Translations under genes and position numbers: made by a program
Shown: one piece after another, positions 9,609 through 19,340 of the stretch
Numbering within the stretch: position 1 is the first letter of the stretch
Layout of the letters: each line of letters begins with the position of its first letter
Source of the DNA: an uncultured Gammaproteobacteria bacterium
Lineage (GTDB): Bacteria; Pseudomonadota; Gammaproteobacteria; Steroidobacterales; SZUA-146
Assembly (NCBI GenBank): GCA_963922815.1
Contig: CAWUKD010000004.1
Location: 1-57,701 of the forward strand
DNA: 57,701 nucleotides
Direction: 5' to 3'
The notes under the pieces: model-generated
The model's input: the letters and a program-made list of their open reading frames with translations, nothing else
Told to the model about the DNA's origin: nothing
The model's database searches: none

Positions 9609-9636
9609 AAAAAGCCACCTGTTGAGGTGGCTTTTT
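9609..9636. terminator. Bidirectional intrinsic terminator
   Basis: AAAAAGCCACCT-GTTG-AGGTGGCTTTTT between convergent genes. Confidence 0.9.
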
Positions 9637-9714
9637 CATTGAGGCCTGGCGGGAGCGCATGACACGCGTTTTACCCGCCGTCTCTTACACCGCGTTGCCG
9701 GCTCTTTTACTACG

Positions 9715-10581
9715 TTACTCGATAGGTGACAGCAAAGCCGGATTCGTCACGAGGCGACGTACGCCGTGAGCATGATCTTCCTCGAATACGTTATTTTCGC
9801 ACCAGGCGCTCAGAGAGTTGATATCAACTTTCATGCAGGCCGGTCTGACACTCCAAGAAACCTGGAGCGGAGAGCAGGTTTCTTCTGTGTAGGACGGGCC
9901 AGTGGTCGAACCGGTGAATTCAACCGGCGTTCCCGAGTTTACCGGCAACGACCTGGGCTGATGATACCCGTTTAACTTATTGCCGCCGTAGGCCATGGTA
10001 GAGAAATCCACCGCATTGGTGTCATTGACTACGGTAAACACCTGAGTCTCAACTCGGAGATCCGGATTCGCACAGGTATCTGACAGACAGCTACCGAGCC
10101 CGGGACCCGGAGCGACGTCGCATGACGTGTGCACCCAGTGAAATTCAACCGTATCGCCAGGCTCTATGCCCTTGCAGAAGTTTTGAGCGGGCTTACGCAG
10201 TTCGCGGGCCGTCAGATTTTTACTGATAGCACACTGATACCCACCTGATTCGCCGTTGTCTTTATCGGCGGCAAGAATCGAGAATGCCGCGGCCTTATGC
10301 TCGGCATTGGTATGAAAGTGAATGTTACACAGATTCATTTCCGTTGACGGTGGCGCCATTGAGAAGCTTCGCGCATTCGTACCCGCGACACTGTCAATAT
10401 CACGCGGCGTTTGAGGACCAAAGCCGACGCAGGCTTTTGCATTCATGACATCCGCCTTCATCATACTTTTGCTGTCAGACGCCGCATCGCTCTGCATGGC
10501 CGTATCGTCCATAGCCGCACAACCTGCTATCATCACGCCTGATACCAGAGCAACCCCAACCGTTTTAAGGGCAGTGTTCAT
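9715..10581 (-). CDS. Delta-class carbonic anhydrase-like lipoprotein
   Basis: Lipobox IAGC; NLCNIHFHTNAEH, EFHWVH, YTGSTTGP-like GSTTGPS and CSPLQVSW motifs of the delta-CA (TWCA1-like) family; GGAG RBS before ATG at 10581. Confidence 0.82.
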   Translation of the reverse strand: MNTALKTVGVALVSGVMIAGCAAMDDTAMQSDAASDSKSMMKADVMNAKACVGFGPQTPRDIDSVAGTNARSFSMAPPSTEMNLCNIHFHTNAEHKAAAFSILAADKDNGESGGYQCAISKNLTARELRKPAQNFCKGIEPGDTVEFHWVHTSCDVAPGPGLGSCLSDTCANPDLRVETQVFTVVNDTNAVDFSTMAYGGNKLNGYHQPRSLPVNSGTPVEFTGSTTGPSYTEETCSPLQVSWSVRPACMKVDINSLSAWCENNVFEEDHAHGVRRLVTNPALLSPIE

Positions 10582-10747
10582 TCGCTTTATCTCCTTATTT
10601 AAAATGAAATCAATCAAGCCTGTTGTTGAGTAACCAAACTGTTCAATTATAGCGTGAATATGTGAAGGCATGATGACGCCAATTCATGCGCACGACCGAT
10701 CGATGCTCTTGATTATATCTCCACTTTAGCCCCTGGAATTTAATGCA

Positions 10748-11743
10748 ATGCACTACAGTCCGGATCCAACCCGCTACGACACAATGCGCTACCGCAAGGC
10801 CGGGCATTCAGGGCTGTCTCTGCCGGAGATATCACTGGGCCTCTGGCATAACTTTGGTGCAAACAGCGACCCCGGAACCATTCGCTCCATGTGCTGTAGA
10901 GCATTCGATCTCGGCGTAACCCACTTTGACCTTGCGAATAACTACGGCCCTCCGCCTGGTTCGGCTGAAGAGAGCTTCGGCAAACTGCTACGCACGGAAT
11001 TTCAGTCTCTGCGTGATGAACTGATTGTTTCGTCCAAGGCCGGTTACGGCATGTGGCCAGGACCCTATGGTGACGGGGGCAGTCGTAAATACCTGATCAG
11101 CAGCCTCGACCAAACGCTGCAGCGCCTTGGCATCGACTACGTAGACGTTTTTTACTCTCACCGCTTCGATCCCGACACGCCGCTCGAAGAAACCATGGGT
11201 GCGCTCGACTCAATCGTCCGCCAGGGTAAGGCACTCTACGTTGGGATATCCAATTACTCGACCACACAGACCGTCGAAGCGGCAGCGATTCTCAAGTCAC
11301 TCGGCACGCCGTGTGTGCTGCATCAGCCCAGGTATTCCATGTTCGATCGCTGGATCGAAGATGAGGGCCTGCTCGACACTTTGCACTCCAACGGTATTGG
11401 CATGATTGCATTTTCTCCTCTTGCTCAGGGCATGCTCACTGATCGCTACCTGAACGGCATTCCGGACGACAGTCGTGCCGCACTGGCGCAGTTTTTAAAG
11501 CCCGGGGAAGTCAGCGGACAGCGCCTGGATCAAATTGTATCCCTGAACGCCGTGGCTGAAGCCCGGGGACAAACTCTGGCGCAGATGGCATTGTCGTGGG
11601 TACTGCGTGACCCGCGGGTTACCAGCACCATTATTGGTGCCAGCCGTGTTTCGCAAATCGAAGACTGCATTCAGGCGAGCGGCCGCAGCAACTTTAGTGA
11701 AGAAGAACTCAGCCAAATCGATTCGATCTGTGCAGCGGCCTGA
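10748..11743 (+). CDS. Aldo/keto reductase, YghZ/Gpr (L-glyceraldehyde-3-phosphate reductase)-like
   Basis: ISLGLWHNFG, THFDLANNYGPPPGSAE, SSKAGYGMWPGPYG, FSPLAQGMLT. Confidence 0.9.
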   Translation: MHYSPDPTRYDTMRYRKAGHSGLSLPEISLGLWHNFGANSDPGTIRSMCCRAFDLGVTHFDLANNYGPPPGSAEESFGKLLRTEFQSLRDELIVSSKAGYGMWPGPYGDGGSRKYLISSLDQTLQRLGIDYVDVFYSHRFDPDTPLEETMGALDSIVRQGKALYVGISNYSTTQTVEAAAILKSLGTPCVLHQPRYSMFDRWIEDEGLLDTLHSNGIGMIAFSPLAQGMLTDRYLNGIPDDSRAALAQFLKPGEVSGQRLDQIVSLNAVAEARGQTLAQMALSWVLRDPRVTSTIIGASRVSQIEDCIQASGRSNFSEEELSQIDSICAAA

Positions 11744-11829
11744 TTGGCCAGCCGCCAGAGTCGTTGCCTGCAGGATCAATTTACGCCGCCGGACCGCTCT
11801 GGCTCGTTTATCTCCAGGTGCATCAGCAC

Positions 11830-11859
11830 AAAAAAAGACGACCCGCACCGCGAGCCGTC
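11830..11859 (-). terminator. Intrinsic terminator of the EF-hand gene
   Basis: Minus strand GACGGCTCGC-GGT-GCGGGTCGTC followed by T7. Confidence 0.75.
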
Positions 11860-11915
11860 CTTATTGCCTATCCTGCAATCCGACAGATTACACGGTGCCC
11901 ATTTAAGCACTCAAT

Positions 11916-12491
11916 TTAGCGTTCTGCGCGTCGGCCTTTACGATGAGCATGACGCTTGTTCGCGCGAGCTTCATGCTCTTCCATGCTGATTTCACCATCG
12001 CCGTTTGTGTCCATGCGCGCAAACTGTTCACTGAGCTTTGCGGTTTTGGCCGCTTCAAATTCAGCCAGCGAAACGCCGCCACTTCCGTCCTTGTCCAGCG
12101 ATGCGAAACGCTCACCGCGCGCTTTGCGACGCGGACGCTCGTCTTCGCTTAGCAAACCGTCATTGTTAACATCGAGCTGCGCGAATTTGTCAGCCGTCAT
12201 TCCAGGTCTTACGGCCTGAAATTCTGCCAGGTCAACATTGCCGTCCCCATTGGTATCCATTTTGGCACCGTGTCGACGGCCGCGGGGCCGTTCGTCGCGG
12301 GAAAGTACGCCATCCCCGTTACTGTCCATCAAAGCGAATTGCTCGGCGGTCAGTCCCGGGCGTTTAATCTGAATCTCGGCGAGCGACAGAGCACCATCAC
12401 CATCCGTGTCCAGCTTGGGGCGATCGGCCAGTACGTAGGTGGTGGCGGCAAGAGATACGCAAACCAGAGCAAGACCTGTGAAAATTTTCAT
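11916..12491 (-). CDS. Secreted six-EF-hand calcium-binding protein
   Basis: Signal peptide; loops DTDGDGALSLAE, DSNGDGVLSRDE, DTNGDGNVDLAE, DVNNDGLLSEDE, DKDGSGGVSLAE, DTNGDGEISMEE. Confidence 0.88.
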   Translation of the reverse strand: MKIFTGLALVCVSLAATTYVLADRPKLDTDGDGALSLAEIQIKRPGLTAEQFALMDSNGDGVLSRDERPRGRRHGAKMDTNGDGNVDLAEFQAVRPGMTADKFAQLDVNNDGLLSEDERPRRKARGERFASLDKDGSGGVSLAEFEAAKTAKLSEQFARMDTNGDGEISMEEHEARANKRHAHRKGRRAER

Positions 12492-12626
12492 ACTGTTCTC
12501 CAAAGTGTGTCAGTAGGGATTAAGATGCGCTTCAGGTTCTATAGTGCCGCATCTAAATCCAAAGAAGTCGCAAGTTTTATCAAGCCCCTTTCTGCAACCG
12601 ATTAAACCTGCAGAACCAATCATCCT

Positions 12627-14000
12627 TCAGGAAGACTTGCCGACAGACATGGCGGGTAGAGTCAGTTCTACGCACAGTCCGCCGCTTTCTGCGTTGCGCG
12701 CTACTACCGTACCCCCCAGGAGCGTCATACTCTGAGCGGTAATGGCAAGCCCGACACCAGCCCCTTTTAGCGTGTTGTCACTCTGGCGATAGAATGGCTC
12801 GAACAGGCGATCAAGTTCGTGCTCCGGAACACCCTGCCCCTGATCGCATACGCAAACGCAGATATCTTCGTTCACTTTTTCGAGAGTGACTTGTACGGTG
12901 GAGTTCTCCGGAGTGTGGGCAATCGCATTACGCAGGACGTTTTCAATGGCACTGGACAGCACTTCCGGACAGCCGCTGACCAACGCCTCTTCACTATCAC
13001 AGGTAAACTCGACGCGTTTACGTTGCGCCTCACCTTCAAAGCGCGCATCGTCGACTACATTACTCAGAATTTCAGTGAGATTGACCGCTGACGCGCTTTG
13101 AACTGACTCTTGTTGTATGCGCACCAGCTCCAGAACCTGTGCGATGAGCCGTTCCATGTGCTGTGCTTCCAATCCAATTCGTTGCAGGTGACGCGGAACG
13201 TCGTCTGGCGCCCTGGCAGCAAGCTCCAGCGCCACGTGTATTCGGGCGAGCGGAGACCGTAATTCATGCGAGATGTTTCGAAACAGATCGCGGCGGCTCG
13301 ACTCACTTCGCTCAAGCTCTCCTGCCATGCGGTCAAACTGCTTGGCAAGAACCCCGATTTCATCGGCACGATACGCCGACGTACCAACACGTGACTGAAG
13401 TTTCCCGGCTGCGAGAAGTTCGGCGGTGCCGGCAATTCTCGTTATAGGCCGCGTCAGATAGCGAGACAGCATGTAGCAGACCGCGGCACTGATTAACATG
13501 CCGATGGTTAGCACAAGTAGCGCGATACGTGGTATCCCCAACACGCCAAACACCCTGGGAGGCACAGGCCCCAGCATTGGCCGGTAAGTCAGCCCTCCGG
13601 GCGCGGTAAATTCTATCTGGCCGCGCGAGTTCTGGCGTCGATTTCCTGACGGACCATCGCGTCGGTTGCGTCGCTCGAGCCGCTTTTTGTAATTCGTCCA
13701 CTGGCGTTTTATCTGCGGGGAAATCCGCCGACCCAGCGCGTCTACACCGTTAGTGTCGATCAAGTAGATCGTAATGTCGTCGGGCAACTGTGCATCGCTT
13801 TGCAGCCAGGCCCTGAAGCCGTCGACACCGTGCTCTTCAAGGGCACTACCCGCCTCATGCATGAGCTCCCTTCGGTCAATTTCGTCGACGAAGTTGCTAT
13901 AGCTGCGGGCCAGCTGAAAGCTGCTCAATACCGCAACCACGGTGATAAGGACCATCGCCAGCCAGAAAGACAGGAATATTTTCCAGAAGATACTTCGCAT
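12627..14000 (-). CDS. CpxA-like HAMP sensor histidine kinase
   Basis: 2 TMs, HAMP, ISHELRSPLARI H-box, ENVLRNA, DQGQGVP, GAGVGLAI. Confidence 0.92.
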   Translation of the reverse strand: MRSIFWKIFLSFWLAMVLITVVAVLSSFQLARSYSNFVDEIDRRELMHEAGSALEEHGVDGFRAWLQSDAQLPDDITIYLIDTNGVDALGRRISPQIKRQWTNYKKRLERRNRRDGPSGNRRQNSRGQIEFTAPGGLTYRPMLGPVPPRVFGVLGIPRIALLVLTIGMLISAAVCYMLSRYLTRPITRIAGTAELLAAGKLQSRVGTSAYRADEIGVLAKQFDRMAGELERSESSRRDLFRNISHELRSPLARIHVALELAARAPDDVPRHLQRIGLEAQHMERLIAQVLELVRIQQESVQSASAVNLTEILSNVVDDARFEGEAQRKRVEFTCDSEEALVSGCPEVLSSAIENVLRNAIAHTPENSTVQVTLEKVNEDICVCVCDQGQGVPEHELDRLFEPFYRQSDNTLKGAGVGLAITAQSMTLLGGTVVARNAESGGLCVELTLPAMSVGKSS

Positions 14001-14002
14001 CG

Positions 14003-14692
14003 CTATCCGGCCACCAGAAGGTAGCCCTCTCCTCGCAAACTGCGAATAGCCACGGTATTGGCCCGTGCCTTTTTGAGCTTACCGCGGAGATTACTGATAT
14101 GGGTGTCCATAGCCCGATCATACGGCGTCAGGGCTCGTCCAAGCGCAAATTCATTTAACGCTTCGCGGCTAACCGCCTTGCCCGGCTTGCGCATAAGAGC
14201 CTCCAGCACTTTGAATTCCGCACCCGTGAGAGTTAATGGCTCGTCATCAAGCGTGACCTGCATTTGTCGAGTATTTAATGTAAGCGTACCAACGCTCAGC
14301 ACTTCTTCGTTAACGGGTACAAGGCTTCTTTTCAGGATGGCCTGAACGCGTAGCAACAGTTCTCGTGGATTAAATGGCTTTGCAATGTAATCGTCCGCGC
14401 CGTATTCCAGGCCGGTAATCCGGTCGTCAGCTTCGCCGCGAGCCGTCAACATGATGACAGGACATGAGGACGACTGGCGCAACTCCTTTAGCGTATCGAA
14501 CCCGTTCTTTCGAGGCATCATGACGTCAAGAACAATCAGCGCGTAGTCTTCTTGACCAAACATCTCAAGTCCTTCGATACCGTCGCATGCGGTATCGACA
14601 TCATAGTGCTCCAGCCGCAATAACTCCGCGAGCATTGATTTGAGCTGCTCATCGTCGTCAACAATTAGAATTCGTGCTCGGGATTCACTCAT
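14003..14692 (-). CDS. OmpR/CpxR-like response regulator
   Basis: REC domain (VDDD, LDVMMP, MLTARG, YIAKPFNPREL) plus winged-helix (DTHISNLRGKL, IRSLRGEGY). Confidence 0.93.
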   Translation of the reverse strand: MSESRARILIVDDDEQLKSMLAELLRLEHYDVDTACDGIEGLEMFGQEDYALIVLDVMMPRKNGFDTLKELRQSSSCPVIMLTARGEADDRITGLEYGADDYIAKPFNPRELLLRVQAILKRSLVPVNEEVLSVGTLTLNTRQMQVTLDDEPLTLTGAEFKVLEALMRKPGKAVSREALNEFALGRALTPYDRAMDTHISNLRGKLKKARANTVAIRSLRGEGYLLVAG

Positions 14693-14852
14693 AGTACGGC
14701 GTTTTGTCCTCGGTTAACGACAGGTGTTCGCGCACACGCAGGCCGTATAGCCCTTGTTTTTACCACAGACAGGGGTTTAGTCGACTTAAGAATTCTCAAG
14801 CGCGAGCTGCGGATAAGCCTCTGGAACTCAGGAATCCGGCGAAACAGGCGAC

Positions 14853-16115
14853 TCAGGAGGCGTTCGACTCACTCAGGGCACGCAAGTAGTACGGCTTCCA
14901 CCATCGAATAGTCAGCGCGACAAGCACGTTGAGCCAAAAAATCGTAAACATGAGCATGTAGAAGGCTTCGGTGCTAAGTATCGAGTGCTGAACGTAAGCG
15001 ATGTTCATGACAACAAAAGCAAGCTCCGCCCTGCCGAGCATGCCAAAACCAATCATGATGCTTCCCGCCCACTCCATGCCGCCGGTATAGCGCGCTGCAA
15101 CGGCGGCCGCAATCACCTGCCCGAAGAAGACGCCGGTCAGCAACACCGCGGTTTGCGGTAGTACGGCGACAACGATATCCCATTCGAGAACGAGCTTGGT
15201 GCCGAGCAGCACAAAAAATACAGGACCCAGCCAGGTGAAGGCCGCGCTGTCTACGATTCGACGCGTGTCATTAAACGAGTTTTTGTCTTCGGTTCTTTGA
15301 AAATACTCCTGCTTGAGAATCAGCCCGGCCATGTAGGCACCAACCGCCGGATGAAATCCGAAGTAATGGGCCAGAATACCCACCAGCAGCGCCATCAGCA
15401 GCACCGTGAGCGTGGCGTTCTCTCCACCGGCTGACGACAGAATCTGCCGCACCCCGGAACGTCCCAGCAGCGGTATGCGCGACAGGAGCCCCTTGGGGTT
15501 TTCCGGCATGACCCACATACCCAGAATGGTGACCAGAAGAAAGAAAGCTATTGCCTTGCCAACAACCAGCGAGATCCCTACCGGATCAAGACTGGAGGCG
15601 CCGGTCGCCACGGGTACTAAAATAGCTACGAGAGCAAGCGACGCAATATCGTCAATTACCGCCGACGTCATAATACGCGTGGCCACAACCGATTTGCTCA
15701 AACCCTCACTGCGCAGTGACACCATGGTCAGAGACACAGCGGTGGCCGTCATGGTCAGACCAACCATGAGCGACATATTGGTGTCGCCGTAATAATGTTG
15801 TGCTACTGAATACGCGACCAGGAACGGGGCCAGTGCCCCAAAAAAAGCAATACCCGCACTCTTTTTTATACTGTTCACAAAATTGCTGGTGTCTTCTTCA
15901 AACCCCAGCGCGAACATGATGACAATGATGCCGATTTCGGACAGGCCCTCGATAAAGGGCTCCGGGTGGTGCGGTAACCAGCCGACATTCACAAGAACAC
16001 AACCGCAAGCCAGGAAAAACAGCACCGGTGTCATTCGGGTTTTATGGGCCGCGTAAGCCGACAGGAAAACAGCTACCCATATGATTGCCAAATGATTCAG
16101 CGCAGTCATTGCCAT
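14853..16115 (-). CDS. CPA2-family cation:proton antiporter
   Basis: About 12 hydrophobic segments; MFALGFE, TATAVSLT, AVIDDI, MLGRAE motifs. Confidence 0.88.
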   Translation of the reverse strand: MAMTALNHLAIIWVAVFLSAYAAHKTRMTPVLFFLACGCVLVNVGWLPHHPEPFIEGLSEIGIIVIMFALGFEEDTSNFVNSIKKSAGIAFFGALAPFLVAYSVAQHYYGDTNMSLMVGLTMTATAVSLTMVSLRSEGLSKSVVATRIMTSAVIDDIASLALVAILVPVATGASSLDPVGISLVVGKAIAFFLLVTILGMWVMPENPKGLLSRIPLLGRSGVRQILSSAGGENATLTVLLMALLVGILAHYFGFHPAVGAYMAGLILKQEYFQRTEDKNSFNDTRRIVDSAAFTWLGPVFFVLLGTKLVLEWDIVVAVLPQTAVLLTGVFFGQVIAAAVAARYTGGMEWAGSIMIGFGMLGRAELAFVVMNIAYVQHSILSTEAFYMLMFTIFWLNVLVALTIRWWKPYYLRALSESNAS

Positions 16116-16118
16116 AGC

Positions 16119-17030
16119 TTAGCGCTTTGCGGTTGCCGCTTTGGTAAGAAATTTTTCGGTTTGCTTGCCGCCATACGCCAGCTCTTTCTGACCCTCCGGA
16201 CTTGAAACGGACTCCCACTGCCTGATGATCTCTTCGGGACTTTGTTGTTCAGGCGAAAGATAGATCCCGTCGGTTTCAAGGATACGGCTTATGGCGTAGC
16301 CTCCGGCTCCGGCACACAAAATGGTGCGATTGGGCGCATCATCATGACACAGCGCCAGACAACCGTTAGCGACTGACTCAGGAGTGAGCAGGTCAAGAAG
16401 CTTAGGGTCGGGGATAATGTCTTCGGTCATTCGGGTGGCGGCCGTCGGTGCCAGCGTGTTAACCCGTATGTCGTACTTCTTGCCCTCCAGAACCAGGGTG
16501 TTCATGAAGCCAACCAGACCCATCTTGGCCGCACCATAATTGCTCTGCCCGAAGTTACCGTACAGGCCGCTTGACGACGTGGTCATGACAATTCGACCGT
16601 ACGCTTGTTGTCGCATCAACTCCCACACGGCCTTTGTGCAAATCACACTGCCCATCAAATGCACATCCAGAACCAGACGAAAATCTTCCAGAGTCATTTT
16701 GGCAAACGTCTTGTCGCGCAGAATGCCGGCGTTATTGATCAGAATATCGACCCGCCCCCACTGCTCAACCGCCTCGGCAACCATCGCCTCGACTTCCTCC
16801 GGGCTTGTTACATTGGCCCCGTTGGCAATTGCTTCGCCGCCCGCCAGTTCGATTTCGCGAACTACGGCCTCGGCCGCTTCCGACGATTGCCCTGTGCCAT
16901 CACGAGCCCCACCGAGGTCGTTAACAACAACGCGAGCTCCGCGACTGGCCAGTGCCAGCGCATGCGCGCGCCCCAAACCACCGCCTGCGCCAGTGACTAT
17001 GGCGACGCGATTCGAAAAACTGATACTCAT
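16119..17030 (-). CDS. SDR oxidoreductase (MFE2-like hydroxyacyl-CoA dehydrogenase)
   Basis: TGAGGGLG, VVNDLGG, INNAGILRDK, NYGAAKMG. Confidence 0.9.
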   Translation of the reverse strand: MSISFSNRVAIVTGAGGGLGRAHALALASRGARVVVNDLGGARDGTGQSSEAAEAVVREIELAGGEAIANGANVTSPEEVEAMVAEAVEQWGRVDILINNAGILRDKTFAKMTLEDFRLVLDVHLMGSVICTKAVWELMRQQAYGRIVMTTSSSGLYGNFGQSNYGAAKMGLVGFMNTLVLEGKKYDIRVNTLAPTAATRMTEDIIPDPKLLDLLTPESVANGCLALCHDDAPNRTILCAGAGGYAISRILETDGIYLSPEQQSPEEIIRQWESVSSPEGQKELAYGGKQTEKFLTKAATAKR

Positions 17031-17303
17031 ACGATCCCCTGTGATGAAGCGCCATTGAACGACGCCTCGCAAATGGTGCCTGTTTATTCGCAGGCCGTCG
17101 AGTGTTTAATCACGCTTGAGACCTTAGTCTGCCCTAGTATTTTCCGAAGTATCGGCCAATCGACACCGACACATTTCGATGGCCATCGCGTGCTCAATTG
17201 CATAACAGACAATCCGCATCACCGACGAGGTTGCCGGGCCTTCCAGACGTTCGAAGCTCTACAATTACTGGTTCTGAAGCGGCGCCTGCAGAAAGCCCGG
17301 CCG

Positions 17304-18626
17304 TCACTGTTCCCGGAGTTTTTCGATCGCTCCGATATCGATGCCAGAGCCCTGGGGGCGAGGCGTGCTTTGAACGTCCAGCGAGCCTGTTGCTACGGGT
17401 GACGGGAAGCCAGCATCCTCAAACCAGGCCAATGCCAGACTCGCGATAGTAGTCGTATCGATGTTATAGGAGCGTGCTCTGTCAACCCGAACCCCTTTTT
17501 GCCCGAGCGGCATACCCCGCAAATACCCATCGGTCCAGTTAGACGCGTACTGTGCCCGACGCAGGCTCCAGCCTTTTATCGCAATTGTGTCCCGGCCCAA
17601 CACTGCGTTATTGAAAACCAGTACGTCATTCGCACGCCACAGGGCCAGATACAATCCTGCGGCTGCAGGGATGCGGCTAACGATCGTGTTATTGACAACG
17701 GCAACGTTAGCAGGAGCACCCACCGTTCGATGACGGCGAACGACGATGCCGGCCTGCCTGGAGTCGATAACCACATTGCCCCGTACAATCGCATCAGTTA
17801 CCACCTGAATGCCCTCGGTGCAATTTTCGAACACATTGTTCTCAACGATATTTACATCGTCAACGTCCCCATAAACCAGCACGCACGGAAAGTCGTGCAC
17901 CTGGTTTTGTCCGGTAATGCGATTGTGTGCAATCAGGTTGCCACCCGAACCGGGCTTGAGTTCAATACCATCATTACCCCCTGCCCCTTTCGACTGAAGG
18001 TTGTACAAAACGTTGTGTTCAATTCTGCTATCGGATACCTGGCAGCTTCCGTCATGGCAACCAAGATAGAACCCCTCGCCTTCCGTCTCGCCCGAACTTT
18101 GACCCGTGGTATGAATGGTATTGTGATGCAGCGCCAGTCGCATCGAACTTCCGGTATTGGCAGCAAAGGCGGTATTGCCGGTATCGCGAATGACCGAATG
18201 GGCAAGCTCAAAATCGCGGGTGTCACCCATCAGGCGAACGCCAATACTTCCCCCTGCAAACTCAAGACCTTGTATCGTCACATGCCGTGCATCAATGATC
18301 TCTATGTTGTTCTCTGTGTTTCTGTTGCGTTCCGGGCGAGTTAATACGGGTCGCTCACCCTCAGCCGCTCTGATCAGTATGGGTTGCCCGGCCGTGCCCT
18401 GAATGTTCAGCGCACGACGGCAGGACTGCACATAGTGCCCTCCGCGAAGCACCAGCGTATCGCCCGGCTGTAACCGGTTTGCCACCGTTTCAAACTCTTC
18501 GACGCAATCCGAACCGGCAACAGATGGGCCAATCTCAAAAGTCTCGGCAACGACACAGCGCGCAGCCGGCGTCGCGAGTACTAACAGTGCACCTGTGACA
18601 ATAACTCGCTGACGGGCTGAAGCCAT
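17304..18626 (-). CDS. Secreted right-handed parallel beta-helix repeat protein
   Basis: Hydrophobic N-terminus; Asn/Ile-rich beta-helix rungs (IEHNVLYN, IAHNRI, VENNVFEN); C-terminal PRPQGSGIDIGAIE motif. Start uncertain (18626 or 18662). Confidence 0.75.
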   Translation of the reverse strand: MASARQRVIVTGALLVLATPAARCVVAETFEIGPSVAGSDCVEEFETVANRLQPGDTLVLRGGHYVQSCRRALNIQGTAGQPILIRAAEGERPVLTRPERNRNTENNIEIIDARHVTIQGLEFAGGSIGVRLMGDTRDFELAHSVIRDTGNTAFAANTGSSMRLALHHNTIHTTGQSSGETEGEGFYLGCHDGSCQVSDSRIEHNVLYNLQSKGAGGNDGIELKPGSGGNLIAHNRITGQNQVHDFPCVLVYGDVDDVNIVENNVFENCTEGIQVVTDAIVRGNVVIDSRQAGIVVRRHRTVGAPANVAVVNNTIVSRIPAAAGLYLALWRANDVLVFNNAVLGRDTIAIKGWSLRRAQYASNWTDGYLRGMPLGQKGVRVDRARSYNIDTTTIASLALAWFEDAGFPSPVATGSLDVQSTPRPQGSGIDIGAIEKLREQ

Positions 18627-18721
18627 ACGTGGCAGAGAAAACTGTTTTACCCGGAAGTTCATTCCGAAACAGTAATGCGCTTCAATTCATAGCGCAACGA
18701 ACCGCTACCGTTTCAGGCAAT

Positions 18722-18754
18722 AAAAAACGGGGCAACCAGAAACTGATCGCCCCG
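18722..18754 (-). terminator. Intrinsic terminator after the 115-aa gene
   Basis: Minus strand CGGGGCGATCAG-TTT-CTGGTTGCCCCG followed by T6. Confidence 0.85.
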
Positions 18755-18816
18755 CAAAGGGGTCGCTGCCGGGGTAGGCAGCGGGGTACAAGTGAATCGC
18801 CGGCAAGCTATGCGGG

Positions 18817-19164
18817 CTAATTCACTGCTGAGATGAGGTTACTGACCTCATCGGGGAGACGTTTATCGAGCGAATCCAGAATTTGCTCGGAAAAGTCGCT
18901 GGCAAGCAAAGACGACCGTTTTGCCGATTCAAACTCGTCAGCCAGACGTTCGCTCAATTCGAATTTAATGTTTGTCGTAAAGTCCAACGTGAGCTTCTGA
19001 ATATCAGCATCAAGCTCGAACAGCTCATCGCTTTGAGCCATACGGGTCTGGGTGGCCAGCACAGCGATAACATCCATATCTGCGGTTGCAGAGATTGAAA
19101 AACCTCCGGTCGCGATCAGCATCAGGGCGGCCAGGGGACTCATTACGTAGTTCAGTGTTTTCAT
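18817..19164 (-). CDS. Uncharacterised small secreted acidic protein
   Basis: AAGGAGG RBS; signal peptide ending ATA; flanked by a sigma54 promoter and a terminator. Confidence 0.75.
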   Translation of the reverse strand: MKTLNYVMSPLAALMLIATGGFSISATADMDVIAVLATQTRMAQSDELFELDADIQKLTLDFTTNIKFELSERLADEFESAKRSSLLASDFSEQILDSLDKRLPDEVSNLISAVN

Positions 19165-19200
19165 GGTTTGATCCCTCCTTCTTGGGAATACTGACTCTAT

Positions 19201-19216
19201 TGCAAACCCCGTGCCA
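19201..19216 (-). promoter_or_regulatory. sigma54 (-24/-12) promoter
   Basis: Minus strand TGGCACG-GGGT-TTGCA, exact consensus with GG-N10-GC spacing. Confidence 0.9.
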
Positions 19217-19225
19217 ATTATGGGT

Positions 19226-19324
19226 TATCAATATTTTCAATGACTTATATCCTTTACTTGGGTATAGTAATTAACGGTTTTACGTGATTGACGATATTAC
19301 GTTATTTTTATTACGATATTTCGT
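19226..19324. promoter_or_regulatory. IHF-like site and tandem enhancer (UAS) for the sigma54 activator
   Basis: TATCAAtattTTC (19226-19238, near WATCAANNNNTTR); ACGATATTACGT (19291-19302) and ACGATATTTCGT (19313-19324), 22 bp apart. Confidence 0.6.
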
Positions 19325-19340
19325 GTATACTGCGTGAAAT

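Noticed and set aside
16605-18344. Long plus-strand ORFs 16605..17402 and 17499..18344
   Set aside because: Antisense to the SDR and beta-helix genes; no family features.
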